DNA of 64,000 bases from Minutocellus sp. GHC0000111 (GCA_977018835.1 OZ361257.1:3658001-3722000), one strand, 5' to 3'; shown: positions 1 through 11,251, counted from the first letter of the stretch. Translations and numbers: made by a program. The notes: generated by a model not told the origin, from the letters alone.

Positions 1-136
1 CATTCTGGGCCGTGCAGTCAACGGAGACGACACTCTTGTATGGGACGGCGCACGCGGCGGCATCAACGGTGTTGGCCGAGACCATCAGGGCCAGGAGGGC
101 GGCGAGGGCAAGGGCAGAGGTGCAACTGAGCTTCAT
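1..136 (-). CDS. 5' end of a secreted protein (runs off the window edge)
   Basis: ATG at 136 reads MKLSCTSALALAALLALMVSANTVDAAACAVPYKSVVSVDCTAQN, a classical signal peptide; frame open to the window edge. Confidence 0.7.
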   Translation of the reverse strand, partial: MKLSCTSALALAALLALMVSANTVDAAACAVPYKSVVSVDCTAQN

Positions 137-750
137 TATTGTCCTGCGGCTTTGATTCGTAGTGTTTGAGCTGAGGGTTCTGTAGCTTCTTTCGAGGAAG
201 GGGTCGCTTCTTGTGTTTGTTCTTTGCAGAAAAATGAAAGTAGCGATGGACGAAGAATTAGAGAATGAGGGCGAGAGGCAAACCGAAGAGTATGCTGCTG
301 CTTGAGATGCGAGGGTGCAGTAATTTGCTTTATGCGGTCTGGATTGATAGCCACGAACCAATCGGAAGTGATCAAGGAGAAGAGAACGCAATAAGTATGA
401 ATGCAATTGGTTGATGCCGACGACCTTCTTCTTCTTGCTACTAGCTAGGCCTAGTACCTAGGTAGGCCTAGCTAGTATGTGGAGGGAGCGGTCAACGGAA
501 ATCGAATAAATTTCATCATCATGAGGTAATGCAGTAAGCAGAAGGCCTCTATAAGCTGCTTACGAGTATTGACCGCGCGGTGCATCAGGTGAGCCTTGGA
601 TTCATTGCACGACACCCTGCGCTCTGCCCCACTGTCAGGCCAGAATAAGAAGGAAAGGACCCGACTTTTCGTTGCTTGAGCGGAGGCGTGCGCGTGCACT
701 GGTCTCTTGTTTTCGCAAACGAAAAATTAATTATATTTTTGACGGTAGCG

Positions 751-3315
751 ATGGGGGGAGGAAGGCGTTCCGAGCAAGGGATGGTCCCTTGTTCCGAGAT
801 CGAGAGTCAGGATGCCGTCGACCATCATCACGATGCCGATGCCGGTACCGATGCTCACAACGTCGTGTACTACGATCGTGATCACGTCGAGGCCAACGAT
901 GGTGCTTCTCAAGACTACGGCGACAATGATCCTGCCAGTGGAACTACGAGCCGCGGTGGAGTCGCTCACGCGTCCAAACGCGGCGGCGGCGGCGGTGGCA
1001 AAGACGCCATGGTCTGGTGGGACATCAGCCAGTCGCAGACATCGCAGATGAGCCAGTATTCGGCCGACGAGGACCATCCCCCCCATGACCACGACCGCAA
1101 AACACCTCACAATACCCGATCGACCAATAGGCAGCTGCCATCCTCCTCCACGACAACGACCCCTCGTTTCCTTTCGAGGGATGAGCGCCGGAAGAGATCC
1201 CGGATGGCACAGGAACAGCAGCAGAGGCAGTATGAGCATTCGGATTCCTCTTCGGATGACGACGACGATAATGTTAGTGATGGTGGAAACGACGGCGATG
1301 GACCAGTCGAGGAAGGCAGTGAGGATCCATTTGCGACCATCATGGGCAGCCAGAACAATGATGATTCGGATAATGATGACTCTGATGATGACGGCAATGG
1401 CGGTGAGGGGGAAGAGATGGACAACAATGACAGCCAGTACGACCACGATATCCCTGCCAAGGTACACGACAAGACCCCTGCCGATCAACAAATGGCCGAA
1501 GAGGACAATGTCGATGATAATGATTATGACGATGATCCAGACGACTTCCCCATCCCCGACCAATCTCCTCCAACCAGTCCTGCTCCAGCTAATGATGGTC
1601 ACGATGCGTATGGAAGCCAACCCAATTCCATGTATGCGTCCAGAGGTGGCAATCGTAGCCAAAAATCAACCGCTGGCAATTACGCGGGTGGTTTGCATTA
1701 TGATGACGATGACTGCGGCTATGCATACGGTGTCGATGATGGTGGGTGCGGGGGGATCGACATGAATGCTCTCCGCCGACAGTCGATGAAGCGAAGTATT
1801 GGCAGCACCAAGAGTAGCAGCAAGCATTCGACACAACAGTCGATGTCGATGACAACGCCAATGACAGCATCTCGGAGTGTTTCTTCCAAAAAGAGGAGCC
1901 GATCGTCCTTTGCTGGCTTCGGTGGTGGCAGAGGAATGACAATGCACGACGATGACGACCTCATGTCCGATCTTACCAATGCCGCGGGTGGCAATACCGA
2001 TATGCTGGTCGCTGCCAGAAAAGCTCTCGCTAGTGGTCGTGGCAGTATCGGCAGTGCCAAGCAGTCTCGATCCAAAAAGACCAGCGCTCAAAGGAATGAT
2101 GATTCTTCGAACGCTACTGGCGTGAAGAAGGCCAAGTCGTCCATTGTTGGCTCTAGACCGATGCACTGGGGCGGGGGACTGGGTCGAAAGAGTTTCTCGT
2201 CCACGTCAAAGCAGCGCCAAGTAGAATCGTCGGCCAGTGCCAAAGTGGCAAAGAAGAAGTTATCGGATGCAACTCGGCGATCGACGATGGATCGCCTTGC
2301 CTCTGCGTCTCGACGAAAGAGCCGGGCGAAGAGCGCAGCAGCTCCAAAGACCCCGGCATCATCCCTTAGTAGAGCTGCAGCTAGCGCCTCCAGCAGCGGC
2401 ACTGGAGGGACGACCGCCCACACTCCCAAGTCCAAGGGTAGCAAGTCGGCAGAAACACCTGGCACGGCGGCATCGTCATCGTCCAAGTGGGAGCGGCACG
2501 TGAATCTTCGTGAGATGGAGTTTGCTCCAGCGTTCATCAGTAGTCGCCCATCTGATGCCAATGCTGGTGCCGCCATGGGCTTGTCGATTCAAGATGATGT
2601 TGCTCTCACCCCCAACGGTCACCAGTCCCACCCCCAGAGTAGCCAAGGAGTGACGCCCGTGAGATTCAACCTCGATGGTACCAATACCGGCGATGGCAGT
2701 ATGGATGCCAACATGGCATCGTCGATGTCGGCCACGCCCTGCCTCTCGGGGAAGCGATCCAGAAAGAGGGCCAAGGCGATGGGACTGACCAAGCTTCTTC
2801 GGGACATCCGTTCTGCTTCGGATGGTGACTGTATGCGCCTCAAAAGTGGTGCCAACCAGGCCCCTCGTGATCTGACTAGACGCAGACGAATGACCGATGT
2901 GAGTGATCCGCGGAACCGCGCAACTCTTTACATTGATGTTACTTTGCTGGGAGATCCCATTCCTTGGGAAGGAGGGATCAAACGGACTACGATTCTTGGA
3001 TATGTCCACTCTACGCACGTTCAAAAAGCTGACGATGTTGTTAAGCATATGCTTCCCAAAGCAGAGGCATTTGCATGGGTGATTCTTGATTACGTTACTA
3101 TCAATGAAAAGAGGATTGCTCGTGGAACTCAGCTCCGTATTTACGACCCTACTTTGATTCCTTCTCTTGAGGACTTGCCCTCCACCATTGCTTGCACTAA
3201 GGTCTGTGAGTTATATCCTACAGATTTACCTCCACTCTCTTCCGTTCCAAAATGTGACGGTGCAATTATTGAAGGGTGGTGTGGCTGTGATGAGTACGTC
3301 GAGCTACAGTACTAA
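751..3315 (+). CDS. Largely disordered protein with a C-terminal SPIDR-like (DUF4502-type) OB-fold region
   Basis: Long D/S/K-rich low-complexity ORF. C-terminal GLTKLLRDIR...AWVILD...GTQLRIYDPTLIP...IACTKVCE resembles my recollection of SPIDR (GLAERL...VRIFPPW...VILNTYFCE). The CDS is well supported; the family call is tentative. Confidence 0.55.
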   Translation: MGGGRRSEQGMVPCSEIESQDAVDHHHDADAGTDAHNVVYYDRDHVEANDGASQDYGDNDPASGTTSRGGVAHASKRGGGGGGKDAMVWWDISQSQTSQMSQYSADEDHPPHDHDRKTPHNTRSTNRQLPSSSTTTTPRFLSRDERRKRSRMAQEQQQRQYEHSDSSSDDDDDNVSDGGNDGDGPVEEGSEDPFATIMGSQNNDDSDNDDSDDDGNGGEGEEMDNNDSQYDHDIPAKVHDKTPADQQMAEEDNVDDNDYDDDPDDFPIPDQSPPTSPAPANDGHDAYGSQPNSMYASRGGNRSQKSTAGNYAGGLHYDDDDCGYAYGVDDGGCGGIDMNALRRQSMKRSIGSTKSSSKHSTQQSMSMTTPMTASRSVSSKKRSRSSFAGFGGGRGMTMHDDDDLMSDLTNAAGGNTDMLVAARKALASGRGSIGSAKQSRSKKTSAQRNDDSSNATGVKKAKSSIVGSRPMHWGGGLGRKSFSSTSKQRQVESSASAKVAKKKLSDATRRSTMDRLASASRRKSRAKSAAAPKTPASSLSRAAASASSSGTGGTTAHTPKSKGSKSAETPGTAASSSSKWERHVNLREMEFAPAFISSRPSDANAGAAMGLSIQDDVALTPNGHQSHPQSSQGVTPVRFNLDGTNTGDGSMDANMASSMSATPCLSGKRSRKRAKAMGLTKLLRDIRSASDGDCMRLKSGANQAPRDLTRRRRMTDVSDPRNRATLYIDVTLLGDPIPWEGGIKRTTILGYVHSTHVQKADDVVKHMLPKAEAFAWVILDYVTINEKRIARGTQLRIYDPTLIPSLEDLPSTIACTKVCELYPTDLPPLSSVPKCDGAIIEGWCGCDEYVELQY

Positions 3316-3367
3316 GGGAGTATTGACAATCTACCTCATTTTAGTTTACTTTCAGTGGCAAAGGTGC

Positions 3368-4443
3368 CTAAGGAGATTGCAAAAAATCAATCCTGAGATC
3401 TCGCTTCTCATCGAATTCCAACCGCCCTTCTATCTCACCATCGGTCATATCTGCCGGTGGCCCAAGCGCATTGCCACTTGGACCAAAGCTGTCGAGATCT
3501 GTGGAACAACAAGAGTATTCGTAAATGAAAGATAGGATTGTTCAGTTTGAATCAAACAAAAATAATACACATAGGCAAGATAAGACACCAAACAGCCGAG
3601 ATTCAACGGCTGATGCCGGTTAGCACACTCACCCGATTCACCGAATACAAAAGAGCGCTTCCGATTTCTTAGAACCGGAATCTTGGTGTATCTGCATTGT
3701 TTTCGAATCATTTCTGCTCGTTCAATATTCTTGAGCGATGCTGATATAAATCCAGCGCTACCGCCTCCAGGAGTCAGCGTTCCTATTCGAAATTGCACTG
3801 TGCTGTCGTTGGGGGTAAAGTAGAATTCTCCAACAGATTTCTCCTTCGTTTTGTTGTCTGTAAAGATCACCCGAAGATAGCGACCGTCTTCGACCAAATA
3901 TTGTACCGAATCCCCTCGCTTGCTACAAACAAGCTCTATGCTCGGTTTGAGAAGTCTCATCTGATCTTGATAATCCATCGAATCATTCGGGGCCTCAGAA
4001 TAGTCCCATGGCTCTGCAAAGACACCTGGTGTATCGTCTTGGGACGACACGCACCCAGCACCCGATTTCATGTCTAGCTTCCCGTGAGGACAGTCGGCCA
4101 AGAGGCCATCCCACACACCCAGGCACGACGAGTCTTGGCAGTTTTCATCTTTGCCCACAGTTTCCGCATGGGCCACACTTGCTGTGCCAACGAGCACCGA
4201 AGCCGAAGACGCAAGTATTTTTGATATAAATCCTCGCCTCTGGAGAGATGAAGGTGCCAATGCCTCCTCATTTTTGTCCTGACGAGGCTGATGGGCAAAC
4301 AGCAAAGTTCCCACGCACGCCGAATGAGGGCGAGATGGGGAAAGGTTCAACGCAATGACGTTGCAGCACAGAGATAGACTCAAAAGTAGCTGGCAGAAAC
4401 GCCGATATTGCGAGCACTGAAGATCTGTTACTAGTACGCGCAT
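3368..4443 (-). CDS. Thylakoid-lumen DUF1499-like protein; intron 3499-3632
   Basis: Signal peptide, then twin-Arg RRGF..AHA lumen-type signal; CVSSQDD..EPW motif; splicing the GTGAG...CAG intron gives FGESDLDSFGP...DFLQSP*. Confidence 0.75.
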
Positions 4444-4700
4444 GATGGTGGTGTGCGCTGCTGCGCTGCCGTTCACCTTCACCACCCAACGACCTCTTCG
4501 GTTGTGCTGGTGGCTCTCGCCATCTTCGTCAAGAATCAATGGACACTCCTTATCAAACATAATACTTGCATGTATCCCGATTTACCCATTAGGGAGTGCA
4601 TTTAAATGGTTGTACTGATCATCCACTCTAGATGCAGTTTAGATTGGTTGAATCCCTTTTCCATGTTCACATGATCTACTGGATATGTTTCCTGCTAAAT

Positions 4701-6932
4701 TCAAGCCCTGGCAAAGGCCTCTTGAACTTCGTCGGAAAGTTTCATTTTTGACGACCTTTCAACTTCAGCCCGACGCACAGCAATGTATGCCGTGCTCAAC
4801 TTACTTCCCAGCACTTCTTTGCAAAGGAAATCGTCCTTCTCAAGAATATTGAGGCTCTCCTCAAATGTGAATGGGAGCGCTTCGTTCTTTGATTCCATTT
4901 CAGCCGGCCCATTTTCAGGCCTGAGCTTCCAATTCTTTGCAATACCTTCCAACCCCGAGGATATAATTGCTGCCAAGCTCAAGTAAATATTTGCGTGTCC
5001 ATCCAATAATTTGAACTCAACATTCGATGGACTTCCAGAATTACTGTCGAGACATACTCTAAGAGCCACTTCCTTGTCCTCTACTGCCCAACGAACGTCA
5101 TGTCCTGTCCAACAACCCGCCCCCATTCGCCGAAATGAATTCATTGATGGAGTCGTAATGGCAAGAAGAGCTGGCAAATGATTGAGTATTCCTTCCACGA
5201 AAGCCTCTGCACGGTGACTCAGTCCACCGCCGTCACAACTAAATGCATTTTGACCATTCAGGTCGCAAAATGAAAAGTGAACATGCTGTCCGTTCCCGGC
5301 CTTGGCTTCCTCTATCTTTGGCAAGAAGAGCGCCCTCATTTTATGCGCCCTTGCACATGCTCGTATTGTCTCTCGTGCCAAAACCACATTGTCAGCAATC
5401 CCCACTACATCTCGTTGGTACTTTAGGACCACTTCAACTTGACCAGGACCGCTTTCGGAGTGGATCATTTCTACTACGATGTCCTGATCTGAAAGCTGCT
5501 GCACGAGGTCTGACATGAAACCTTGCTGCTCATTGAGAGTTGCTGGCTCCGCAAAGCGAGAGATATCAACAGGCTCACCCATCGCACTGTTTGATCTAGC
5601 CTTGAATAGGGTAAACTCGATTTCGAATCCACAATTGAATTGAAGTCCAAACTGATCTCTCGCTGAAGTAATGACTCTTTCCAGTAGACCTCTCATACAC
5701 AAAGGGCTGAGACATCCGTCGAGCTGACTATGGGCAGTACCAAACACAACCCCAGATGCTTTGGCATACGGCAAAACTCGCAAAGAGCTCAAATCTGGTT
5801 TCAATAGCAAAACGCCCGCCGCGCTGAGGCCACAGGATGGGACGACAGTATCTGCATGTGTTGGCATGACGAAGGATACTTCGGCGATGCTCACTCTTTT
5901 GTCGAGACTCAAGCACCCATCAGAGTTCGGTTTTATGCTTTGTATTGGAATCGCCTTGCATCGGATAGAATTGGTAGCATCCAACGTAAGGTAACGCAAA
6001 AACTCAACGCCAGCCGCCCTCAAAAAATGGAGCACTGCCGCTGTTGCCTTGGATTCAAAATTATTTTCCACATTGAATATCTCCGCAGGTGGTACCATAA
6101 TCTGCTTGGAGGTGGTGTGTAAGGTCAGTTGTAAGTCTGACTTGGACTCGGAATGAAGAGAAATTTCTGTTCGGCCATCCCGCTCTCGATTATCCTTCGA
6201 ACCAGACCTAGACGCAGCATCGACGTGTATTTCACTCATAATTTCATCCGACGACAAAATTCGCGAGAATCCCTTCATTCCAGCTAGACCCTTGGCATAT
6301 TCTGCTGCTCCAGTCGCTGCACACGCATCATCGACCACTGTTACGAAGAATCCAAGATCAGCTGCATCTCTCACGGCACTTTCAACACATTGGTCGGTAA
6401 GCTGACCGACTACCACGACTTGCTCGATTTCTAGATTTCGTAGCACGTAGGCAATGTTTGTCGAGTTGAATGCAGAACAACTCGTCTTGGGGATGAGGAT
6501 ATCACCCCGTCCACTGGATGCTGATGGTTGGAGATTCGATAGAAACTTGGCCCGATTAGAAGGGCCGGGGAGTTGGCTCAACTTTGGGCCTGATAATTTG
6601 TAGTCCAGGCTGATATCCCGACAGTCATCGGTGAGGGCTTCCAGGTAGGTGAAGATGACCTCACAACCAGTATTGAGACCATTTGTAGCATCATCGCGAT
6701 AAAGACGCAGGACATCCACCAGCCTCGATATATTGTCAATGGCTCTGGGCAGCGAAATGTTGTACAAGTAATGATTCTTATCGCCATCGTTTGTGGCAAG
6801 ATTTTCGGAATCTGCCGACGATAAATAATCTTGCACGTCTACAACAAGGATGGCCGTTTTGGTGAGATCAAGACGGAATTCCGTACGCTTTGAAACACCA
6901 GGTATCACTGAAGAGGATAGTGAGGTCGTCAT
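4701..6932 (-). CDS. Isochorismatase-family cysteine hydrolase fused to a FluG/NodGS-type glutamine synthetase-like domain
   Basis: N-terminal triad motifs VVDVQ, IPKT, TDQCVESAVRDAADLG; C-terminal GFEIEF, HSESGPGQVE, GNGQHVH, SFRR, NVEFKLLDGHANIY; one uninterrupted ORF. Confidence 0.9.
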   Translation of the reverse strand: MTTSLSSSVIPGVSKRTEFRLDLTKTAILVVDVQDYLSSADSENLATNDGDKNHYLYNISLPRAIDNISRLVDVLRLYRDDATNGLNTGCEVIFTYLEALTDDCRDISLDYKLSGPKLSQLPGPSNRAKFLSNLQPSASSGRGDILIPKTSCSAFNSTNIAYVLRNLEIEQVVVVGQLTDQCVESAVRDAADLGFFVTVVDDACAATGAAEYAKGLAGMKGFSRILSSDEIMSEIHVDAASRSGSKDNRERDGRTEISLHSESKSDLQLTLHTTSKQIMVPPAEIFNVENNFESKATAAVLHFLRAAGVEFLRYLTLDATNSIRCKAIPIQSIKPNSDGCLSLDKRVSIAEVSFVMPTHADTVVPSCGLSAAGVLLLKPDLSSLRVLPYAKASGVVFGTAHSQLDGCLSPLCMRGLLERVITSARDQFGLQFNCGFEIEFTLFKARSNSAMGEPVDISRFAEPATLNEQQGFMSDLVQQLSDQDIVVEMIHSESGPGQVEVVLKYQRDVVGIADNVVLARETIRACARAHKMRALFLPKIEEAKAGNGQHVHFSFCDLNGQNAFSCDGGGLSHRAEAFVEGILNHLPALLAITTPSMNSFRRMGAGCWTGHDVRWAVEDKEVALRVCLDSNSGSPSNVEFKLLDGHANIYLSLAAIISSGLEGIAKNWKLRPENGPAEMESKNEALPFTFEESLNILEKDDFLCKEVLGSKLSTAYIAVRRAEVERSSKMKLSDEVQEAFARA

Positions 6933-7295
6933 GCTGAGAGTAGTGTCAGTCAAAGGGCGCAATTACTGCGGTACATGCCTATCTCTTCAAGATGACAATT
7001 CGATAAGCGTTTAAGTAGATTGGCCATACATGTAGCAAGCACTTCAGAGAAGATACGCGAAGTCTCGTCTCGTTCGCCGAGAGGCCGGAATGAACGGAAT
7101 GCATCAAGCATGCATCGGATTCGGAATGGAAGAATGGAAGAATGAGGCTGACTGCAGTCTGTTCGTCGACGGGAAGCCGTACCTACTAGTAGGTACATGT
7201 ATGATGCCGCCGCGAGGCCCTTGATGTGGTCGGTTTGGCTCTCGTGGATGACGAACATCAATGAAATGATAATGCCACGACCTCCAATAAAGAGA

Positions 7296-9071
7296 ATGAA
7301 GCGCCTAGCACCTCTATTCCTCGTCCTCGGTGCAATATCCTCTCCTGCTTCGGCCGATGAAGGGCGCGCAGCTGACGCTACCGATGCCGACCAACTAGCA
7401 GTAGAGTCATCTCCCATCGCGCCGGCCAAGACCAAGGATTCGCGTTCAAGACGAGTTGCCATCATCGGCGGAGGGATTGGGGGATCATTTGTTAGCAAAT
7501 ACCTCACAGATTACGACGATAACTGCAAAATTGATGCGATAGATATCTTTGAGCCGTCGCCAATGTCCACTGCTAAAAGCGAAGCGGGCGTAGCGGTGAC
7601 CGCCTCATCATTGTCATCATCATCGGAGGACATAGGTGAGATTAGACCGACGTGGCAAGGGAGCCGCGTGTCATCGGTTACTCTATCTGATGGGACAATT
7701 GTTGAGCTTGGGGCATCAATTATCTACGACGGGAACAAACTAGCAGTCGAAATGTTGCAGGGTGACGCAAACTTGTCTGCAGGAAGGCCATTTTATCCTG
7801 GAGAGCAAAAGGCCAAGAGCGAGGAGGGCAAGCCACAAAAGAATGGATTTGGTATCTACGATGGCGATGGCAATTGGTTGCTCAACACGGCAGCCTTTGG
7901 CTCGGCCTTGGCCCGAAAACTATGCCTCCTTTGGAGGTACAATATTGATTTTTTTCGTATCAGCAGTGCCGCATCCGAGGCAGTAAATTCTTTTGATCTG
8001 ATATATCAATTATTAGACAGCGATGAACCGGCCACATTTGCTTTGGACACTCCCGATGTCATTTGGGAGGCTGTTGGGCTTAGAAGATTATCACTTGTAT
8101 CATATGATGAATTTCTCGATGCAATTTCAGTTTGCCGTGATGAGTTACCGTGGTGGAGATCAATTTTACCATTTCAAGGCTGTATCAGGAACGAACTTCT
8201 GAGCGCAGTAACGATCAACACGTACAATCAGGAGACGACCAGAATGAATGGACTGTCTGGGCTGGTCTCATTTGTGCCCACAAAGGGTGAGCTATTTTCA
8301 GTGGAGGGTGGAAATTACAAACTTGTTGAGTCAGCGTTGAATCAGGCCCGAACGAGACGCAAACTAAAATGTGGTGATAGAAGTATGCACGAGCAGCAAG
8401 TGCGCCACTTGGAGAGAGAGGTCACCGCTGTTGTTGGAGACTTGGACCAAGGGATGGAGGTATTCAGTGGCGAGGAATCTCAGGGTCACTACGATCTCGT
8501 GATTTTGGCTGCTCCGCTGCAGCACTGCAACATCGATTTCCTCATCACTAGTCACCTTGATGGGGCAGTTTTACATCCAATGCCCCTTGGTCTTGATGTT
8601 GCAGACGAAGAGGAAGAAACCAGTGAAGGACAAGATGTTGCAAATATTCGCGAGCATATCTCATCAAAGCTACCTTCGAGCGCCGAAAGACCATACATGC
8701 AAGTGATTACAACCGTACTCAGCAATGCAACCCTACAAACAACACATTTCAACATATCTTCGGCAGAAATACCTCGTTCAATATATTTCACAGAGAAAGG
8801 AAAGGAGCACGAAAATGTATTCACCATCACACATCTAACATCAGATAGAGTATTCAAAGTTTTCAGTCAGACAGAGCTCTCACTTGATGATGTTGCGAAT
8901 ATGTTTGGGCCGAGTGCAAAGATAGAATTCGTCCAGACTTGGGGTGGCAAACATGGCGGAGCAACGCCAAATTTTGATGGAGGAGGAGATGCTTCGGCAC
9001 CGGCACCATTTTTGCTGTATGATGGAGGAAAGCTCACCGAAGGCCACGATAACGGCGAACCTCAAACATGA
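7296..9071 (+). CDS. Prenylcysteine oxidase/lyase family flavoprotein, apparently lacking its C-terminal segment
   Basis: Signal peptide; VAIIGGGIGG FAD motif; VELGASI; FSVEGGN; YDLVILAAPL; the ORF ends before the expected C-terminal LYY.N.IE...S..E motif. Confidence 0.85.
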   Translation: MKRLAPLFLVLGAISSPASADEGRAADATDADQLAVESSPIAPAKTKDSRSRRVAIIGGGIGGSFVSKYLTDYDDNCKIDAIDIFEPSPMSTAKSEAGVAVTASSLSSSSEDIGEIRPTWQGSRVSSVTLSDGTIVELGASIIYDGNKLAVEMLQGDANLSAGRPFYPGEQKAKSEEGKPQKNGFGIYDGDGNWLLNTAAFGSALARKLCLLWRYNIDFFRISSAASEAVNSFDLIYQLLDSDEPATFALDTPDVIWEAVGLRRLSLVSYDEFLDAISVCRDELPWWRSILPFQGCIRNELLSAVTINTYNQETTRMNGLSGLVSFVPTKGELFSVEGGNYKLVESALNQARTRRKLKCGDRSMHEQQVRHLEREVTAVVGDLDQGMEVFSGEESQGHYDLVILAAPLQHCNIDFLITSHLDGAVLHPMPLGLDVADEEEETSEGQDVANIREHISSKLPSSAERPYMQVITTVLSNATLQTTHFNISSAEIPRSIYFTEKGKEHENVFTITHLTSDRVFKVFSQTELSLDDVANMFGPSAKIEFVQTWGGKHGGATPNFDGGGDASAPAPFLLYDGGKLTEGHDNGEPQT

Positions 9072-9576
9072 CCACATTATTGATCCATTCTGCCCCACCC
9101 GATCGACAGAAGAAAAGAGCGGAGAAAGTGTAAGCCTCAACGATAGATTTAATTCATCCTTCGGCAATGCCAGCACCACCATCAAAGATGCATTCAATGA
9201 GTTAGCTTCTGAAACTGAAAGAGATGCTGCATGTAGTACACAAAAGAGCGGGAAAATCGGTATCAGCGACGCAGTGCTCAAAGCTCGAGCCGTAGAAAGG
9301 GTTCGGCGTCGTATGATGTTATCAAAGGATGACTCCTTTATCAATCGTACTGATGCCAGTAAGCTGGAACCTTTTCACTTTTCCTTTACTGAAGGGGCCT
9401 TCCGCCGGGTCAGGAACAAGGACAATAGCAAACAAAGTCAAGCTTCAGGACCAATCACGACATGGAAACGCCCAACGCTGGTCGAAAGCTGGGACATTGC
9501 CAACACACTGAACATTCAATCTATGGAGTCAACTCGTCACGTTGGATCAGGCATAAACCGCAATGCAGCGGCTTAG
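9060..9576 (+). CDS. Orphan 3' coding fragment of an unknown protein abutting the truncated prenylcysteine oxidase
   Basis: Open frame of about 170 codons with protein-like composition, ending at TAG before an AT-rich UTR; no convincing start of its own. Confidence 0.4.
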
Positions 9577-9889
9577 GTCTTATAAAAAATCAGGAAAGAC
9601 GCAACAATTTAGTGCAATGAACACGCCAGGTAAATGATTTGCATTTTTATGCCGGTACTTATGAACCCTAAATTTAAGAAATTAGAGATAATTGAATCGT
9701 ACCTGCATGCAAGTGGCTCGACATCTTAGAAATGTCGAGTAGCTTCTTGTTGAATTATCACAGTGATATATGCTCTATTATAGGCTCTTAAACACTCCTA
9801 TTCCTAAACTTACTAAAAATAAGTTGCAAAGTACAGCTGTAGCTCGTTCTGGCCTCGCAAAAATGATTACCCCACACAAATGGAAGAAA

Positions 9890-11251
9890 TCACACAGGGA
9901 TCCCTCCGTCCCAAGTCACCTTCCTGCCCTCCTCCTCATTTTGAACGGCATCGTCTTCATCCTCCCTCGCAGCAGCCCGAGCTGCTGCATCTGCTGCAGC
10001 GGCTGCCTCGGCTTCGGCATCCGCTACATCCGCCTCGGCAGCCTCCCTATCCTCGCTGCCTTCGTCGGCGTCGTATGGGACAGCAACGGCCCGGGTGGCG
10101 TCGTAATATATACCGCCATCGGGATTGTCATAGAGGCCCAGCTCCCGCGCGCTCCGGATCCAGTAGTCCTGTGGCTTCTCCTGTCCCCGCTTCCGGCTGG
10201 TCTTGAGGGCCCGGTACGTCTCCTTCGTCTTGATGGGAATGCACGGACAGTTCTCGAAGTGGAACCTCTGCATGTCGGCGACGGTCTGGTACAGCCGGCT
10301 GATGGAGCGGGGATAACAAACCGCCCGCTCGGCGCGGTCACCGTGGGGCAGATGCGAGCAGAAGATGCACCGGACTCCCACCTGACCCTGGTTGAGCTTC
10401 TGCGCCCCCTTGCTGTGGCGGCTGCTGACGTCCGACGCCGTGGCGGTGAAGGCCTGGATGTAGCACTGCCGGACGTAGCAGTGCCGCTCCGACAGCGCCC
10501 CCTTGTCCTCGTCGCGGTAGAGCCGAAAGATGATGCGCTCCCCGTCTCCCTCGTCCGCCTCGGCGTAGGCTCCGGCTCCATCCGGAGGAGCGCCTGCGTA
10601 CGATCCATGTCCATTATAGTACCCACTCGCGCCATCGTACTGGTGCTGCTGCGACTGCTGCTGGTCGTACGACGCCTTGCGCTTCCTGATATTCTCTGGC
10701 GACGATTGCGAGGCCATGAGGGCCAACGACGACGCGGCAGTGTTGACGGGAGACGGGGCAACGTGCATCAAGTGAGGCGGCGGGTAGTAGTACGAGTAGG
10801 GTTGGTCGTACCCGTAGCTGAGAGGGGGCATATCGCCGCCACCGCCACCACCAGATGCAGCAGTGCTGCGAATGGGAGTGCTGGTAATCTCTTGGTCCGG
10901 CGGAGACACGACGGCCGACGACGATTCGTGTTCGGCTTCCGGCCCATGCAAGCCGCCGTGGACGGCGGTGTGGTGGGCATATGTTGTGGGATGATGGTGC
11001 GGATGGTCGTGGCCGGCGGAATAGGCGGCATAATCGTAGGGGTAGGGATAGTGATGCGGATACTGATAGTACGGATGCGTCGCGTGAGCATCAGGGTCGG
11101 AACCCTCCGGGGCAGCGGCAGAGGCGGCGGCAGCTGCTGCAACGTCGGCGGGGTGCTCGTGCTCGGGCTCGTCGGTAGCGGTGGTTGCAGCCTCATTCTT
11201 GGCCCGCTTGAAGCTCGGGGTGGATGCCACTTCCTCCACTGTCGAGGACAT
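9890..11251 (-). CDS. Diatom-expanded uncharacterised Cys/His domain protein (putative DNA-binding)
   Basis: Domain LSERHCYVRQ..F.AT..DV...GQVGVRCIFC...AVCYP..ISRLYQTVADMQRFHF..C...YWI.SA..LGL preceded by a Y/P/H-rich region; strong GC3 bias on this strand. Confidence 0.8.
   Translation of the reverse strand: MSSTVEEVASTPSFKRAKNEAATTATDEPEHEHPADVAAAAAASAAAPEGSDPDAHATHPYYQYPHHYPYPYDYAAYSAGHDHPHHHPTTYAHHTAVHGGLHGPEAEHESSSAVVSPPDQEITSTPIRSTAASGGGGGGDMPPLSYGYDQPYSYYYPPPHLMHVAPSPVNTAASSLALMASQSSPENIRKRKASYDQQQSQQHQYDGASGYYNGHGSYAGAPPDGAGAYAEADEGDGERIIFRLYRDEDKGALSERHCYVRQCYIQAFTATASDVSSRHSKGAQKLNQGQVGVRCIFCSHLPHGDRAERAVCYPRSISRLYQTVADMQRFHFENCPCIPIKTKETYRALKTSRKRGQEKPQDYWIRSARELGLYDNPDGGIYYDATRAVAVPYDADEGSEDREAAEADVADAEAEAAAAADAAARAAAREDEDDAVQNEEEGRKVTWDGGIPV

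Noticed and set aside
727..2855. Several minus-strand ORFs (311, 166 and 162 aa)
   Set aside because: Shadows of a low-complexity Asp/Ser-rich CDS
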